Positions 19,012 to 29,463 of a DNA stretch of 55,238 nt are shown here, piece after piece. The first letter of the stretch is position 1. Each line of letters opens with the position of its first letter. Origin of the DNA: Prosthecobacter debontii (lineage in GTDB: Bacteria; Verrucomicrobiota; Verrucomicrobiia; Verrucomicrobiales; Akkermansiaceae); contig CAMCXJ010000001.1 of NCBI GenBank assembly GCA_945883455.1, positions 1 through 55,238 on the forward strand, in the 5' to 3' direction. The position numbers and the translations under genes are program-made. Below the pieces are notes generated by a model. It was given only the letters and a program-made list of their open reading frames with translations, had not been told where the DNA came from and made no database searches.

Positions 19012-19737
19012 ATGAAAAACCAAGCCTTCGCCATCACCACACTCGCCGCCATCCTCTCCCTCCCCTCCGCCCTCCGCGCCGAGGAGACGGCCCAACCATT
19101 AAAAAAAGACGACCGCATCGTTTTCTTTGGAGACTCGATCACTCAGGCGGGCGTGAAACCGCAGGGCTACGTCACGGTGCTCACCGCAGCCATCAAGGCC
19201 GCCCACCCAGATCTCGGCATCGAGACCTTCGGCGCGGGGGTCAGCGGCAACAAGGTGCCGAACCTTCAGGCGCGTTTGGAAAAGGACGTGCTCGCGAAAA
19301 AGCCGACCCTCGTCTTCATCTACATCGGTATCAACGATGTCTGGCATTGGAAGATGGATAAAGAAGGCAAGCTCCTCGGCGGCGGCACCACCAAGGAAAT
19401 TTTCGAATCCGGCCTCAAGGATATCATCGCGAAAATCAACACCGCCGGCGCGCGCGTGATCCTCTGCACTCCTTCCGTCATCGGCGAGAAAAACGACGGC
19501 AGCAACGAGCGCGATGCGATGCTTGAGGAATACAGTGTGATCAGCCGCAAGGTCGCCGCCGACACCAACAGCCAGCTCGTCGATCTCCGCAAGGCTTTCC
19601 TGAACCACCTAAAAGCCAACAACCCCGACAACCTCCCCAAGAGCATCCTCACCGGCGACGGCGTCCACCTGAACCCCGCCGGCAACGCATTCGTCGCCAC
19701 GGAAATGGGCAAAGCCATCGGCGTCAAGGTGGAGTGA
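19012..19737 (+). CDS. Secreted SGNH/GDSL hydrolase
   Basis: Signal peptide (MKNQAFAITTLAAILSLPSALRA); GDSIT, GVSG, GINDVW and DGVH blocks. Confidence 0.92.
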   Translation: MKNQAFAITTLAAILSLPSALRAEETAQPLKKDDRIVFFGDSITQAGVKPQGYVTVLTAAIKAAHPDLGIETFGAGVSGNKVPNLQARLEKDVLAKKPTLVFIYIGINDVWHWKMDKEGKLLGGGTTKEIFESGLKDIIAKINTAGARVILCTPSVIGEKNDGSNERDAMLEEYSVISRKVAADTNSQLVDLRKAFLNHLKANNPDNLPKSILTGDGVHLNPAGNAFVATEMGKAIGVKVE

Positions 19738-19752
19738 CCGGCGCACGGAATT

Positions 19753-19887
19753 AAGATTCAACCGCGAATGGACGCGAATTTCCGCGAATGATGAGGGTTC
19801 TTTCCATTCAGGCACCGCGGAGCGTTCTCCCTTTTGTAATTTTTATCTTCATTCGTGGCCATTCGCGTCCATTCGCGGTTGAATCTT
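19753..19887. repeat. Perfect 27-bp inverted repeat built of 10-bp-periodic CGCGAAT units (MITE-like)
   Basis: AAGATTCAACCGCGAATGGACGCGAAT (19753-19779) is the exact reverse complement of 19861-19887. Additional units occur at 19783 and 19851. Confidence 0.85.
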
Positions 19888-19953
19888 CCAAAATGAAATA
19901 GCGCCGGTTCGAGCGGGCTTGCTTTTCCGGGATTCCCGCATGAACTCAAATTC

Positions 19954-22900
19954 ATGCGCGCGACTTTCTTGATTTCAGCGTTCCAGCTTCTCAGCATTTC
20001 AGCTTTTTCCGCCGAGACCTTCCCCGCTGCCAACGGACTGGAGCGCTCGCTTGTCGCCGAGCAGCCCCTGCTGAAAAACCCGGTCTCCGTCTCGATGGAT
20101 GTGGACGGCACAATCTATGTGACAGAGACCGCACGCCGCAAGGAAGCCGACCTAGACATCCGGGAGTTCGTGAAATTCGGCTGGGTGCCGCGCGATGTCG
20201 CGCTGACTTCCGTGGCGGAGAAACGCGCGTTTTTTGAGGAACAGCTCGACGGGAAGAATGCATTCAAAGGCACGTCCCTCAAGGATCAGAACAAGGACGG
20301 CAAGATCGATGTGAAGGATCTCACCGCGATTTCTGAAAAGATCATCCGCGTTACCGATAAGGACGGCGACGGGGTTTACGACACGTCGAACGTGTTTGCG
20401 GAAGGCTTCAATACCGAGGTCACCGGCATTGCGGCGGGCACGCTGGCATGGCGCGGTGATGTTTACGCGGCCATCGCCCCGGATGTCTGGAAACTCCGCG
20501 ACACGAATGGCGACGGCAAAGCCGATAAGCGCGAGTCCATCGCTCACGGCTTCGGAGTCCACATCGCTTACGCAGGCCACGACATGCACGGCCTGATCCC
20601 CGGCCCCGACGGACGGCTCTACTGGTCGATCGGCGACAAAGGTGTCAACGTAACCGATAAGGACGGGAAAAAACATTTCGCGCCTCACGAAGGTGCCGTG
20701 CTGCGTTGTTACCCAGACGGCTCCGGTTTCGAAATTTTCGCCCGCGGCCTGCGCAACCCCCAGGAGATTGCCTTCGACAGATATGGCAACTTGTTCTCCG
20801 TGGACAACGACGCCGACTTCAAGGGCGAGCGCGAGCGTTTCCTCCACATCACCGAAGGCTCGGACACCGGCTGGCGGAACTACTACCAATACCGTGGATC
20901 CACCTACAATCCGTGGATGGCGGAGAGCATCTGGGAACCCTCCGGCGAGCACCAGCCTGCTTACATCACTCCCACTAACGGGAACTTTTCCGACGGCCCA
21001 GCTGGCTTCGCCTACAACCCCGGCACCGCCCTCAACGCGAAATACGAAGACGCGTTTTTCGTCACCGAGTTCCCGAAAGGAAACCTGCTCTCCTTCACGG
21101 TAAAGCCCAAGGGCGCGAGCTTCGTGATCGCCCAAAGCCACACCGTCCTCTCCGGCCCCATGAACGTCGGCATCGACTTCGGCCCCGACGGTGCACTCTA
21201 CTCGGCCGACTGGGCGGGCGGCTACCCTCTCAACGAAAAAGGTGCCGTCTGGAGACTCGATGATCCGGAAGAGGCTGCTTCGGATCTCCGGAAAAAAGTC
21301 GCCACGATGCTTAAGGCGGGCACCAAAAATATTTCTACTACAGATCTAGTAAATCGCCTCTCCCATCCCGACATGCGCATCCGCCTCGACGCGCAGTGGG
21401 CGCTAGCGGAGAAAAAAGCCATCGCCGAACTCCACGAGGTCATCACCTCCGAGAAATCCGCCCAACTTGCCCGCATTCACGCGGTCTGGGCGCTCAGCCA
21501 AGAAGGCAGGTTTTTTGAGAAAGCCTTCCACAGCCTCGCCACCTCCGAAGATCCCGAACTCCGCGCCCAGGCCGCCAAGCACGCCGGAGAAACCGTGAAA
21601 GGCCCCAATCCCATTCTCACCAAAATGCTCGCCGACGAAAGCCCCCGCGTGCGTTTCCACGCCGCCACCGCGATGGGGAAAACCGGCGACCACACCGCCA
21701 TCGACGCAGTGATCACGATGCTCGCCGACAACAACAACAAGGACGCCTACCTCCGCCACGCCGGAGTCCTCGCCCTGACCGCCTCGCCCGCCGAGGCGAT
21801 CGCCGCCAAAACCCACACCCACAAAAGCCCCGCCGTCCGCCTCGCCGCTGCCGTCGTCTTCCGCCGCCTTTCTTCTCCCCTCGTCGCGAAACTGCTCACC
21901 GACCCCGACCCGCAGGTCGTCGCCGAAGCCGCACGTACGATCTTTGACGACCCGCCGATCACCGCCGCCTACCCAGCGCTCGCGGAACTCATCCGCAAAA
22001 ATCCCGAAGCCACCGTCCCCGCCGCCCGCCGCTCCATCGCCGCGAACCGCTACCTCGCCGATGCGGAATCCGCCGCCCGACTCGCCGACTATGCAGCCGT
22101 TGACTCTGTGGAAACCTCCCTCCGCATCGCCGCACTCGAAGCCCTCGCTTCCTGGACAGAGACCTCCGAACCCAATCCCGTCGATGGCCGCCACGATCCG
22201 TTGAAACCCGCCGATAGGGCCCTCGCGCAAGCCGCTTACCAAACCCACGCCGCCGTCCTCTGGAAACACCGTGACAAGGCCATTTCGAAAGCCGCCGCCG
22301 CCGTTTCGAAAAGCCTCGGCATCTCCTCCGATCCCGAGGCGATGGAGAAAGACATCCTCAATCCCAAGGCCGATCTCGCCACCCGTCTCCAAGGATTCGA
22401 ATCCCTCGGGGCTTCCCGCGAAAAGGCCGACATGGCCGCTTTCGCGAAAATCCTTCCCCAACTCCTCAACGACAAATCCGCCCCCCTCCGCACCCGCGCC
22501 GCCGCCTTGCTCGCGGAGGATGACCCAGCCGCCGTCATCGCCTATGCAGAAGCCGCACTGTCGAAGTCCAATGACATCCCCGAAAAACAGGAGGCCGTGC
22601 GCCTTCTCGGGAAATTCAAACCCGCTGCTCTTGAAAAGATCCTGATGAAGCCCGCCCCCTATCTTCTCATTGAACTCAGCGAGGCTCTCCCGGAAAAAAA
22701 TATCAAACTCGATCCACTTGTCGCCTCCCTCAGCGGCGGCAACCCGGAGCTGGGCGAGATCGTTTTCAACGAGCACCTTGCCGCGCAATGCGTCGCTTGC
22801 CATCGGGTTGAGAAAGAGGGCAGCGAGGTCGGTCCGCCGCTTACAGAAGTCGGAAAAAAAGGTCGTGGATACATTCTCGAATCGCTCCTCAATCCCCAAG

Positions 22901-23148
22901 CAAAGATCACTCCCGGCTATGGTATTGTATCTCTAATCAACAAGGATGGTAGCGTTGTATCTGGCGCACTCATCGAGCGGGGGGAAAATCATATCATTCT
23001 GAAAGCTCCGGATGGCAAAGTGCAGCGCCACTCGCTGGGACAGATGGCGAATCTTAAGCCACCCATATCCACCATGCCGCCGATGGGAGAAATCCTCACC
23101 CCACGCCAGCTCCGCGATCTCGTCGGATACCTTTCCGAGCTAAAGTGA
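19954..23148 (+). CDS. PVC-type heme-binding CxxCH protein (dehydrogenase-like beta-propeller, HEAT repeats, cytochrome c)
   Basis: Signal peptide; propeller motifs GHDMHGL..GPDGRLY and GLRNPQE; HEAT-like repeats; C-terminal QCVACH...VGPPLT...ESLLNP...MP. Confidence 0.9.
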   Translation: MRATFLISAFQLLSISAFSAETFPAANGLERSLVAEQPLLKNPVSVSMDVDGTIYVTETARRKEADLDIREFVKFGWVPRDVALTSVAEKRAFFEEQLDGKNAFKGTSLKDQNKDGKIDVKDLTAISEKIIRVTDKDGDGVYDTSNVFAEGFNTEVTGIAAGTLAWRGDVYAAIAPDVWKLRDTNGDGKADKRESIAHGFGVHIAYAGHDMHGLIPGPDGRLYWSIGDKGVNVTDKDGKKHFAPHEGAVLRCYPDGSGFEIFARGLRNPQEIAFDRYGNLFSVDNDADFKGERERFLHITEGSDTGWRNYYQYRGSTYNPWMAESIWEPSGEHQPAYITPTNGNFSDGPAGFAYNPGTALNAKYEDAFFVTEFPKGNLLSFTVKPKGASFVIAQSHTVLSGPMNVGIDFGPDGALYSADWAGGYPLNEKGAVWRLDDPEEAASDLRKKVATMLKAGTKNISTTDLVNRLSHPDMRIRLDAQWALAEKKAIAELHEVITSEKSAQLARIHAVWALSQEGRFFEKAFHSLATSEDPELRAQAAKHAGETVKGPNPILTKMLADESPRVRFHAATAMGKTGDHTAIDAVITMLADNNNKDAYLRHAGVLALTASPAEAIAAKTHTHKSPAVRLAAAVVFRRLSSPLVAKLLTDPDPQVVAEAARTIFDDPPITAAYPALAELIRKNPEATVPAARRSIAANRYLADAESAARLADYAAVDSVETSLRIAALEALASWTETSEPNPVDGRHDPLKPADRALAQAAYQTHAAVLWKHRDKAISKAAAAVSKSLGISSDPEAMEKDILNPKADLATRLQGFESLGASREKADMAAFAKILPQLLNDKSAPLRTRAAALLAEDDPAAVIAYAEAALSKSNDIPEKQEAVRLLGKFKPAALEKILMKPAPYLLIELSEALPEKNIKLDPLVASLSGGNPELGEIVFNEHLAAQCVACHRVEKEGSEVGPPLTEVGKKGRGYILESLLNPQAKITPGYGIVSLINKDGSVVSGALIERGENHIILKAPDGKVQRHSLGQMANLKPPISTMPPMGEILTPRQLRDLVGYLSELK

Positions 23149-23158
23149 GCGATTAAAA

Positions 23159-23280
23159 CGTGGCTGGGGGTTCCAGCCCCAGGCCGTTGTTGGGGAATCT
23201 TGCCCCAACCTTTCAAATAAAAGCACCATCTTTTGGTAAATGGTCCAACGGCAGGCTTGCCAAGCGAATGGGGATATCCC
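23159..23280 (+). repeat. Dispersed ~120-bp repeat, copy B
   Basis: CGTGGCTGGGGGTTCCAGCCCCAGGCCGTTGTTGGGGAATCTTGCCCCAACCTTTCAAATAAAAG... is homologous to the reverse complement of 13435-13554. Confidence 0.8.
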
Positions 23281-23294
23281 CACTGTCTCCACGT

Positions 23295-23894
23295 ATGCCG
23301 AAACGCTTCGCGCAACTGGAATTTCGATTCCCCGCATGGTTGCGGTCGACGAGTGTTGTCTCGCAAAAGCCCGTCCCGAGCGCGCCGGATGCCCTCCATG
23401 ATTCCGGCATGACCGCCTGGTGCCAGGAGCAGGCGCTCTCATTCGGTTTGCCCGAGTTGGCGAGAAAAGTCCGCGTTACGTGGAACCCGCGCATGCGCAC
23501 CACCGCCGGCCGCGCTTGGTGGCCTTCGCGTGGCATCGAGATGAATCCGAAGCTCAAGGATTTTTCCGATGCGGATGTTTGGCGGACGCTGAAGCACGAG
23601 TTCGCCCATCTCCTCGCCTACGAGCGCTGCGGGCGGCGCCACATCGAGCCGCATGGCCCGGAGTGGCGCGCCGCGTGCGCGGAACTTGGCATCCCCGACG
23701 AGCAGCCCTACCACTCGCTCCCCCTCAAATCCCGGAAGATGAAACGCAATTACGCGTATGCATGTCCTTCCTGCCTAGCTGTCATCGCACGCGTCCGTCC
23801 GTTTCGCCGTGCTGTCGCCTGTTACACCTGTTGCCGGAAATTCAACGGTGGCCTTTACCATGACCGTTTCCGCCTGATTCGGAACGATATCTGA
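23295..23894 (+). CDS. SprT-like zinc metalloprotease
   Basis: WNPRMRTTAGRA, HEFAH, PHGPEW and a zinc ribbon (CPSC...CYTC). The start is placed at ATG 23295. Confidence 0.88.
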   Translation: MPKRFAQLEFRFPAWLRSTSVVSQKPVPSAPDALHDSGMTAWCQEQALSFGLPELARKVRVTWNPRMRTTAGRAWWPSRGIEMNPKLKDFSDADVWRTLKHEFAHLLAYERCGRRHIEPHGPEWRAACAELGIPDEQPYHSLPLKSRKMKRNYAYACPSCLAVIARVRPFRRAVACYTCCRKFNGGLYHDRFRLIRNDI

Positions 23895-23977
23895 AAGGTA
23901 ACGCCGTTTCCGTAGATAAATGCGCTATCGGTGTCGCTATCGTTTGCGACAACTCAAAATCCATCTATCCTATTGCC

Positions 23978-24703
23978 ATGACAGAGATACTCACTACCGC
24001 CCCGCCTCTTGCCTTCGTTTTTTCGCCGACCTTGATAGTCATCATGGTGGCCACGGCACTCGCCAGCTGGATCGTCTCTAGCACCCTGAAACGCCGTTTT
24101 AACGAATACTCGCAGATTCCGATACGCTTCACCGGTGCGGAGATCGCCGAGACAATGCTGCGCGAAAACGGCATCACCGATGTGAAGGTGATTCACACGC
24201 CGGGTAAGCTCACCGATCACTACGACCCAACGAACAAGACGGTAAATCTCAGCGAAGAGGTTTATGCGATGAACAGCATCGCCGCGGCCGCCGTTGCCGC
24301 CCACGAGTGCGGCCACGCCATTCAGCATGCGAAGTCTTATGCATGGCTCACGATGCGCTCAAAAATGGTTCCCGCCGTGCAGTTCGCCGGGAGCACGCTG
24401 AACGTTTTCCTGATGATCAGCATTGTAGGTGCGGGGATTTTCAACACGCCCGCCCTGCTTTATGTCTGGGTAGCGCTGTTTGCCATCACCACGCTTTTCG
24501 CTTTCGTGACGCTGCCCGTAGAGTTCGATGCCAGCCGCCGCGCCCTTGTCTGGCTGGAAGGCTCGCGGGTTTCCTCGTCCATGGATCATGACAAAGCGAA
24601 AAACGCGCTCTTCTGGGCCGCCATGACTTACGTAGTAGCTGCCATCGGCTCGCTCGCTACCTTGCTCTACTACGTGTCCATGCTTTTCGGACGCAGGGAT
24701 TAG
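23978..24703 (+). CDS. Membrane zinc metallopeptidase (YugP/Zn_peptidase_2)
   Basis: LTDHYDP, AVAAHECGHAIQH, TLPVEFDASRRA and AAMTYV. Confidence 0.93.
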   Translation: MTEILTTAPPLAFVFSPTLIVIMVATALASWIVSSTLKRRFNEYSQIPIRFTGAEIAETMLRENGITDVKVIHTPGKLTDHYDPTNKTVNLSEEVYAMNSIAAAAVAAHECGHAIQHAKSYAWLTMRSKMVPAVQFAGSTLNVFLMISIVGAGIFNTPALLYVWVALFAITTLFAFVTLPVEFDASRRALVWLEGSRVSSSMDHDKAKNALFWAAMTYVVAAIGSLATLLYYVSMLFGRRD

Positions 24704-25240
24704 GGTTTACCCGAGGGCGTGCTCGGCTCCCTGCAGGCGCTGGAGGCGATCAAGCTCCTCCTCGGCATCGGCGATCCGCCGCTGGGGAAAATCCTGATCT
24801 ACGATGCCCTTCGTACTTCCTTCCGATCCCTGAAACTGCCGCACGATCCCGCTTGCCGCCTCTGCGGGAAAAATCCCACGATCACTTCCGTTTCCAATCC
24901 AGAAACCCACGCCAATCACTCCTGCGTAATCCTCGACCCCGCCATGCAAACCATCACCCCCGCCGAACTCAAAGCCCGCCTCGACTCTGGGAGCCTCAAC
25001 GCCCTTCTCATCGATGTCCGCGAAAAGGAGGAATGGGAGATCGACCACATCCCGCAAGCCAAGCTGATCCCGCTCCAGACCATCCCCGCCCATGCGGACG
25101 CCTTGCCGAAGGATTCCGAGATCATCATTCACTGCAAGGCCGGCATGCGCTCCGCCCGCGCCTGCGGATACCTCATGTCCCTCGGCTTCGAGAACGTAAC
25201 CAACGCCACCGGCGGCATGGATGCGTTCCGGAAGCTTTGA
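24704..25240 (+). pseudogene. moeB: 5'-truncated MoeB/MoeZ (ThiF-family C-terminus plus an intact rhodanese domain)
   Basis: GVLGSLQALEAIKLLLGIG...DPACRLCG is the MoeB C-terminus. It is followed by the rhodanese motifs LIDVRE..EW...HIP and HCKAGMRS. The adenylation domain is absent, and the previous gene ends at 24703. Confidence 0.75.
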
Positions 25241-25251
25241 TAGCCCCGAGT

Positions 25252-26046
25252 TCATGGAAAAAACGCCCGCAGCGCCTCGACCACGCCGTATCCGCGGGAG
25301 GCGCGGGTGATCAGCCCGCCCCGGGCGGCGACGGTTTCCCGGATCGCACCCACGGCGTTGGCGGGGCAGGCAGCATAGCCCGAATGGGCGTCGGAAAGCA
25401 TCTCGATGTCGTTGTGGCTGTCGCCGGCGGCGAAGGTCTGCGCGGTTCCGAGGCCGTGCAGCCGCGCGACCTCCGTCAAAGTACTGCCTTTCTGGTAGTT
25501 CCGGTGGCCAAAGCGCAGGTAGATCGAGTTCCGTTGCCAACCGAGCTCTGGCACCTCCGCCATCATGGGCGCGATGTGAGCGACGATCCATTCCATCTCC
25601 TCCTCGGTGCGCGAGATCAACCCGGCGGGCTCGCCATCCATCTCGATGTATTGCGCGCCGGTGTGTTCCTCGACCTCATGGCGGATTTTTTTCAGCACCT
25701 TGCGGCAGTTTTTGAAGAGTTTGTGGATATCCTTCTCGCAACGCTTGTTCCAATCCGTATGCGGCAGGAAGCGTCCGAAGTCGTTCGGGAAATGGATCTC
25801 GCGCTCGCGGGCGACCACCCAATCCGGCAGGAAAGGAAACCGGCTTTCGATCAGACCTTCCACGACATGCGGCATCGAGCGGCCAGTATTGATGCCCCAC
25901 ACCGCGCCCCGCGTTTCGCGCAGGCGGCGGATCTCCTCGAAAAACTCGCCCGGCACCGGCGGAGTCCCGGCGGGATCATGCAGTGTCCCGTCGAAATCGA
26001 AGGAAAGGATCAGGTTCGGCTGCGGGCAGGCGTCGAGGGTTCTCAC
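25252..26046 (-). CDS. HAD-IIB family hydrolase
   Basis: DFDGTL, NTGR, KG and GDSHNDIEML. Confidence 0.88.
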   Translation of the reverse strand: MRTLDACPQPNLILSFDFDGTLHDPAGTPPVPGEFFEEIRRLRETRGAVWGINTGRSMPHVVEGLIESRFPFLPDWVVAREREIHFPNDFGRFLPHTDWNKRCEKDIHKLFKNCRKVLKKIRHEVEEHTGAQYIEMDGEPAGLISRTEEEMEWIVAHIAPMMAEVPELGWQRNSIYLRFGHRNYQKGSTLTEVARLHGLGTAQTFAAGDSHNDIEMLSDAHSGYAACPANAVGAIRETVAARGGLITRASRGYGVVEALRAFFP

Positions 26047-26108
26047 GTAGCGAGGCTAGCGCATCTAGGACGATGGGCAAGGATCGTGGCGGCGCGCCAT
26101 TGCCAAAG

Positions 26109-26906
<798 letters not shown>

Positions 26907-26911
26907 GGGCG

Positions 26912-26941
26912 AAACTTCAAATTTTAAACCCCAAACTTCAA
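26912..26941. repeat. Short 7-bp-period tandem repeat in the hisF/uma2 divergent region
   Basis: AAACTTC AAATTTT AAACCCC AAACTTC AA. Confidence 0.5.
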
Positions 26942-26996
26942 TGAAGAAACGGATTCCGGGGTTGTTTCCGGTGGCGGTCGGGGATACCTGTTCCGC

Positions 26997-27581
26997 ATGT
27001 CAGCTGGTGAAAAACGATTTCCAACCGGTGAGCAATACCTCGCATGGGAGCGGGAGGCCGATTTCAAAAGCGAGTATCTGCGCGGTGAAATTTATGCGAT
27101 GTCGGGTGCTTCGCTGGAGCATAACACCATCGCCTCAAATCTGAACGGTGCGCTTTGGAACCAGTTTAAAGACCGGCCCTGCCGGGTTCTCGGTTCGGAC
27201 ATGAGGGTTCAGGTTGAGGAAGCGGATGCTTATTTTTACCCGGATCTATCAGGGTTGTGCGGCGGGTTTGATTTCCACGACGAGCGCAAGGACACCTATA
27301 AGAACCCCCAGTTTGTGATCGAGATCCTCTCCGCCAGCACGGAATCTTATGACCGCGGGAAAAAGTTCTTTCATTACCAGACCTTGCCTAGTTTGCGGGA
27401 GTATGTGTTGGTTTCGCAAGGAGAGGCGGCGGTGGAGATTTACCGGAAGGAGGGGGATCGCTGGATCTATCAGCTCCTCACTGGCGCCGGCGCGGAACTC
27501 AGGCTGGAGTCGGTGGACTGCACGGTGCCGCTATCCGAAATTTACCGCAATGTGACTTTTACCGCCGAAATGCCGGCGTAG
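26997..27581 (+). CDS. Uma2 family (PD-(D/E)xK) endonuclease-like protein
   Basis: [39 protein letters not shown] and LREYVLVSQ. Confidence 0.92.
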   Translation: MSAGEKRFPTGEQYLAWEREADFKSEYLRGEIYAMSGASLEHNTIASNLNGALWNQFKDRPCRVLGSDMRVQVEEADAYFYPDLSGLCGGFDFHDERKDTYKNPQFVIEILSASTESYDRGKKFFHYQTLPSLREYVLVSQGEAAVEIYRKEGDRWIYQLLTGAGAELRLESVDCTVPLSEIYRNVTFTAEMPA

Positions 27582-27596
27582 ATTACGGCTTGATAC

Positions 27597-27632
27597 AAAA
27601 AAACGGCGACCCATTGCGGGACGCCGTTTTTT
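27597..27632. terminator. Bidirectional rho-independent terminator between uma2 and rpmE2
   Basis: A7-CGGCG-ACCC-ATTGC-GGGA-CGCCG-T6 hairpin. A second hairpin, GAACGGAA/TTCCGTTC, lies at 27638-27656. Confidence 0.85.
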
Positions 27633-27662
27633 GAGAGGAACGGAACATTTCCGTTCGGTGGC

Positions 27663-27932
27663 TTAGCCGACCTTGGGCTTGCCGACGCGGCGGACCGCTC
27701 CGAAACGCTTTTGGAACTTGTCGATGCGGCCTTCGGTATCGACGAACTGTTTCTGTCCGGTGAAGAACGGGTGAGAATCCGACGTGATGCCGGCGGAGAT
27801 GATGGAATGCTCGACGCCGTCGATGACTTCCTTCTTCTCAGAGGACTTGGTCGATTTCGTGACGAAGCGCGCGCCCGTGGTCATGTCAACGAAGACGACG
27901 GGATTGTATTGGGGATGAAGTTCCTTTTTCAT
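27663..27932 (-). CDS. rpmE2: 50S ribosomal protein L31 type B (no zinc-binding cysteines)
   Basis: MKKELHPQY..VVF.D, SDSHPFFTG and DTEGRIDKF; no CxxC. Confidence 0.95.
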   Translation of the reverse strand: MKKELHPQYNPVVFVDMTTGARFVTKSTKSSEKKEVIDGVEHSIISAGITSDSHPFFTGQKQFVDTEGRIDKFQKRFGAVRRVGKPKVG

Positions 27933-28023
27933 GGGAGTTTGGTAGTTGCCACACGTTCCAACGCGCGGGGCGGGGAAATTGGCGGAAATCGGTGGTGTGT
28001 CAAGTTTTTAGGATGTTTACTTG

Positions 28024-29463
28024 CTAGCGCCGTAACTGCTGCTCGATCCGCTCGATCCTTTCCCGCAGGCCGGGTTGCTTTTCCAACTCCGAGACGACCT
28101 TCTTGCAGGCGTGGATCACCGTGCCGTGGTCGCGCCCGCCGAAGGACTCGCCGATCTCGACGAGGGAGTTGTGGGTGAGGCTGCGGCTCAGATACATGGC
28201 GATCTGGCGGGGAAAGGCGATGCTGGCCGGGCGGCGGCGCGAGATCATGTCGGCGAGGCGCAAGTCAAAGGTTTCCGCCACGGCGCGCTGGATGCCATCG
28301 ATGGTCACCTGGCGGCTGGCCTCTTCCTGGATGAAATCCCGCAGCAGGTGCTCGACCTTTTGCACGGACACGCTCTCACCGGCGAGCGAGGCGAAGGTGG
28401 CCACGCGGACAAGCGCGCCCTCGAGACGGCGAACATTCGAGCGGATTTTTTCAGCGAGAAATAATAACACAGATTCGTCGACGGAGACTTTCCACTCCGC
28501 CGTTTTTTTCCGGAGGATGGCGATGCGGGTCTCGATCTGCGGCGGCTGCAGCTCGACGGCGAGCCCGCACTCAAAGCGGGAGATGAGGCGCGGCTCAATG
28601 CTCTTGATCTCGCAAGCGGGGCGGTCGCTGGTGAGGACGACCTGGTTGCGGCCGTCGAGGAGGGTGTTGAAGGTGTGGAAAAACTCCTCCTGCGAGCGCT
28701 CCTTGCCAGCGAGGAACTGGACGTCGTCTATGAGCAGCACATCGGAGCTGCGGTAGCGGCGGCGGAATTTCTCGATATCACCCTTGCGGATTGCCTCGAT
28801 AAACTCGTTGGTGAATTTCTCGCAGGTGAGGTAGATCACGCGGCAGTCGGGACGGCGGCGCAAAATCTCGCGGCCGATGGCGTGCATGAGGTGGGTTTTC
28901 CCGAGGCCGGAACCGCCGTGGATGAAAAGCGGATTATAGCCGACGCTGCGTTTCGTCGCCACCGCCTCGCACGCAGCGTGGGCGAACTGGCTGTTGCCAC
29001 CAACTACGAAATTTTCGAACGTGTAACCGGGATTGAGTCCAGCCGCGGCGGCGCGCTTGTCGAGCATCTCGCCCGGCATCTCCTTGCGGACTTGCGGTGC
29101 AGCGGCGGAAAAATCGTCGATAGATGCTTCGCCCGTCCCGGAGTTTTCGGCGACCAAGATGTTGATCTTGTGCAGCCCCTCGGTGGCCTGGCTGGCTGCG
29201 TAGAGAAGCTCGGGCAGGTAGTTCGTCTCGATCCAGACCTGGTGGATTTCGCCGGGAACGATCACTGCTCCCTGGCCATTGGAGGCTCCGCCCCAGGTAG
29301 CGGCTCCGAACCATCTTTGGAACGCATCACTACCGATGGACTTGCGCAGGGTCTCCGCGATTTTCCCCCAATCACCCTCATCATGGATCGAGCCGTGCGC
29401 TGGGTCTTGCGGCTCTTCTGCGACGGGGACGCTCTCCCCGAATTCCATCGATGGTTGTTTCAT
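28024..29463 (-). CDS. dnaA: Chromosomal replication initiator DnaA
   Basis: YTFENFVVG, YNPLFIHGGSGLGKTHL, LLIDDVQF, QEEFFHTFN, NVRRLEGAL, RQIAMYL and GGRDHGTV. Confidence 0.98.
   Translation of the reverse strand: MKQPSMEFGESVPVAEEPQDPAHGSIHDEGDWGKIAETLRKSIGSDAFQRWFGAATWGGASNGQGAVIVPGEIHQVWIETNYLPELLYAASQATEGLHKINILVAENSGTGEASIDDFSAAAPQVRKEMPGEMLDKRAAAAGLNPGYTFENFVVGGNSQFAHAACEAVATKRSVGYNPLFIHGGSGLGKTHLMHAIGREILRRRPDCRVIYLTCEKFTNEFIEAIRKGDIEKFRRRYRSSDVLLIDDVQFLAGKERSQEEFFHTFNTLLDGRNQVVLTSDRPACEIKSIEPRLISRFECGLAVELQPPQIETRIAILRKKTAEWKVSVDESVLLFLAEKIRSNVRRLEGALVRVATFASLAGESVSVQKVEHLLRDFIQEEASRQVTIDGIQRAVAETFDLRLADMISRRRPASIAFPRQIAMYLSRSLTHNSLVEIGESFGGRDHGTVIHACKKVVSELEKQPGLRERIERIEQQLRR

Noticed and set aside
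19753-19887. Possible CRISPR-like repeat
   Set aside because: The units are 10-bp tandem and inverted, with no unique spacers and no cas genes.
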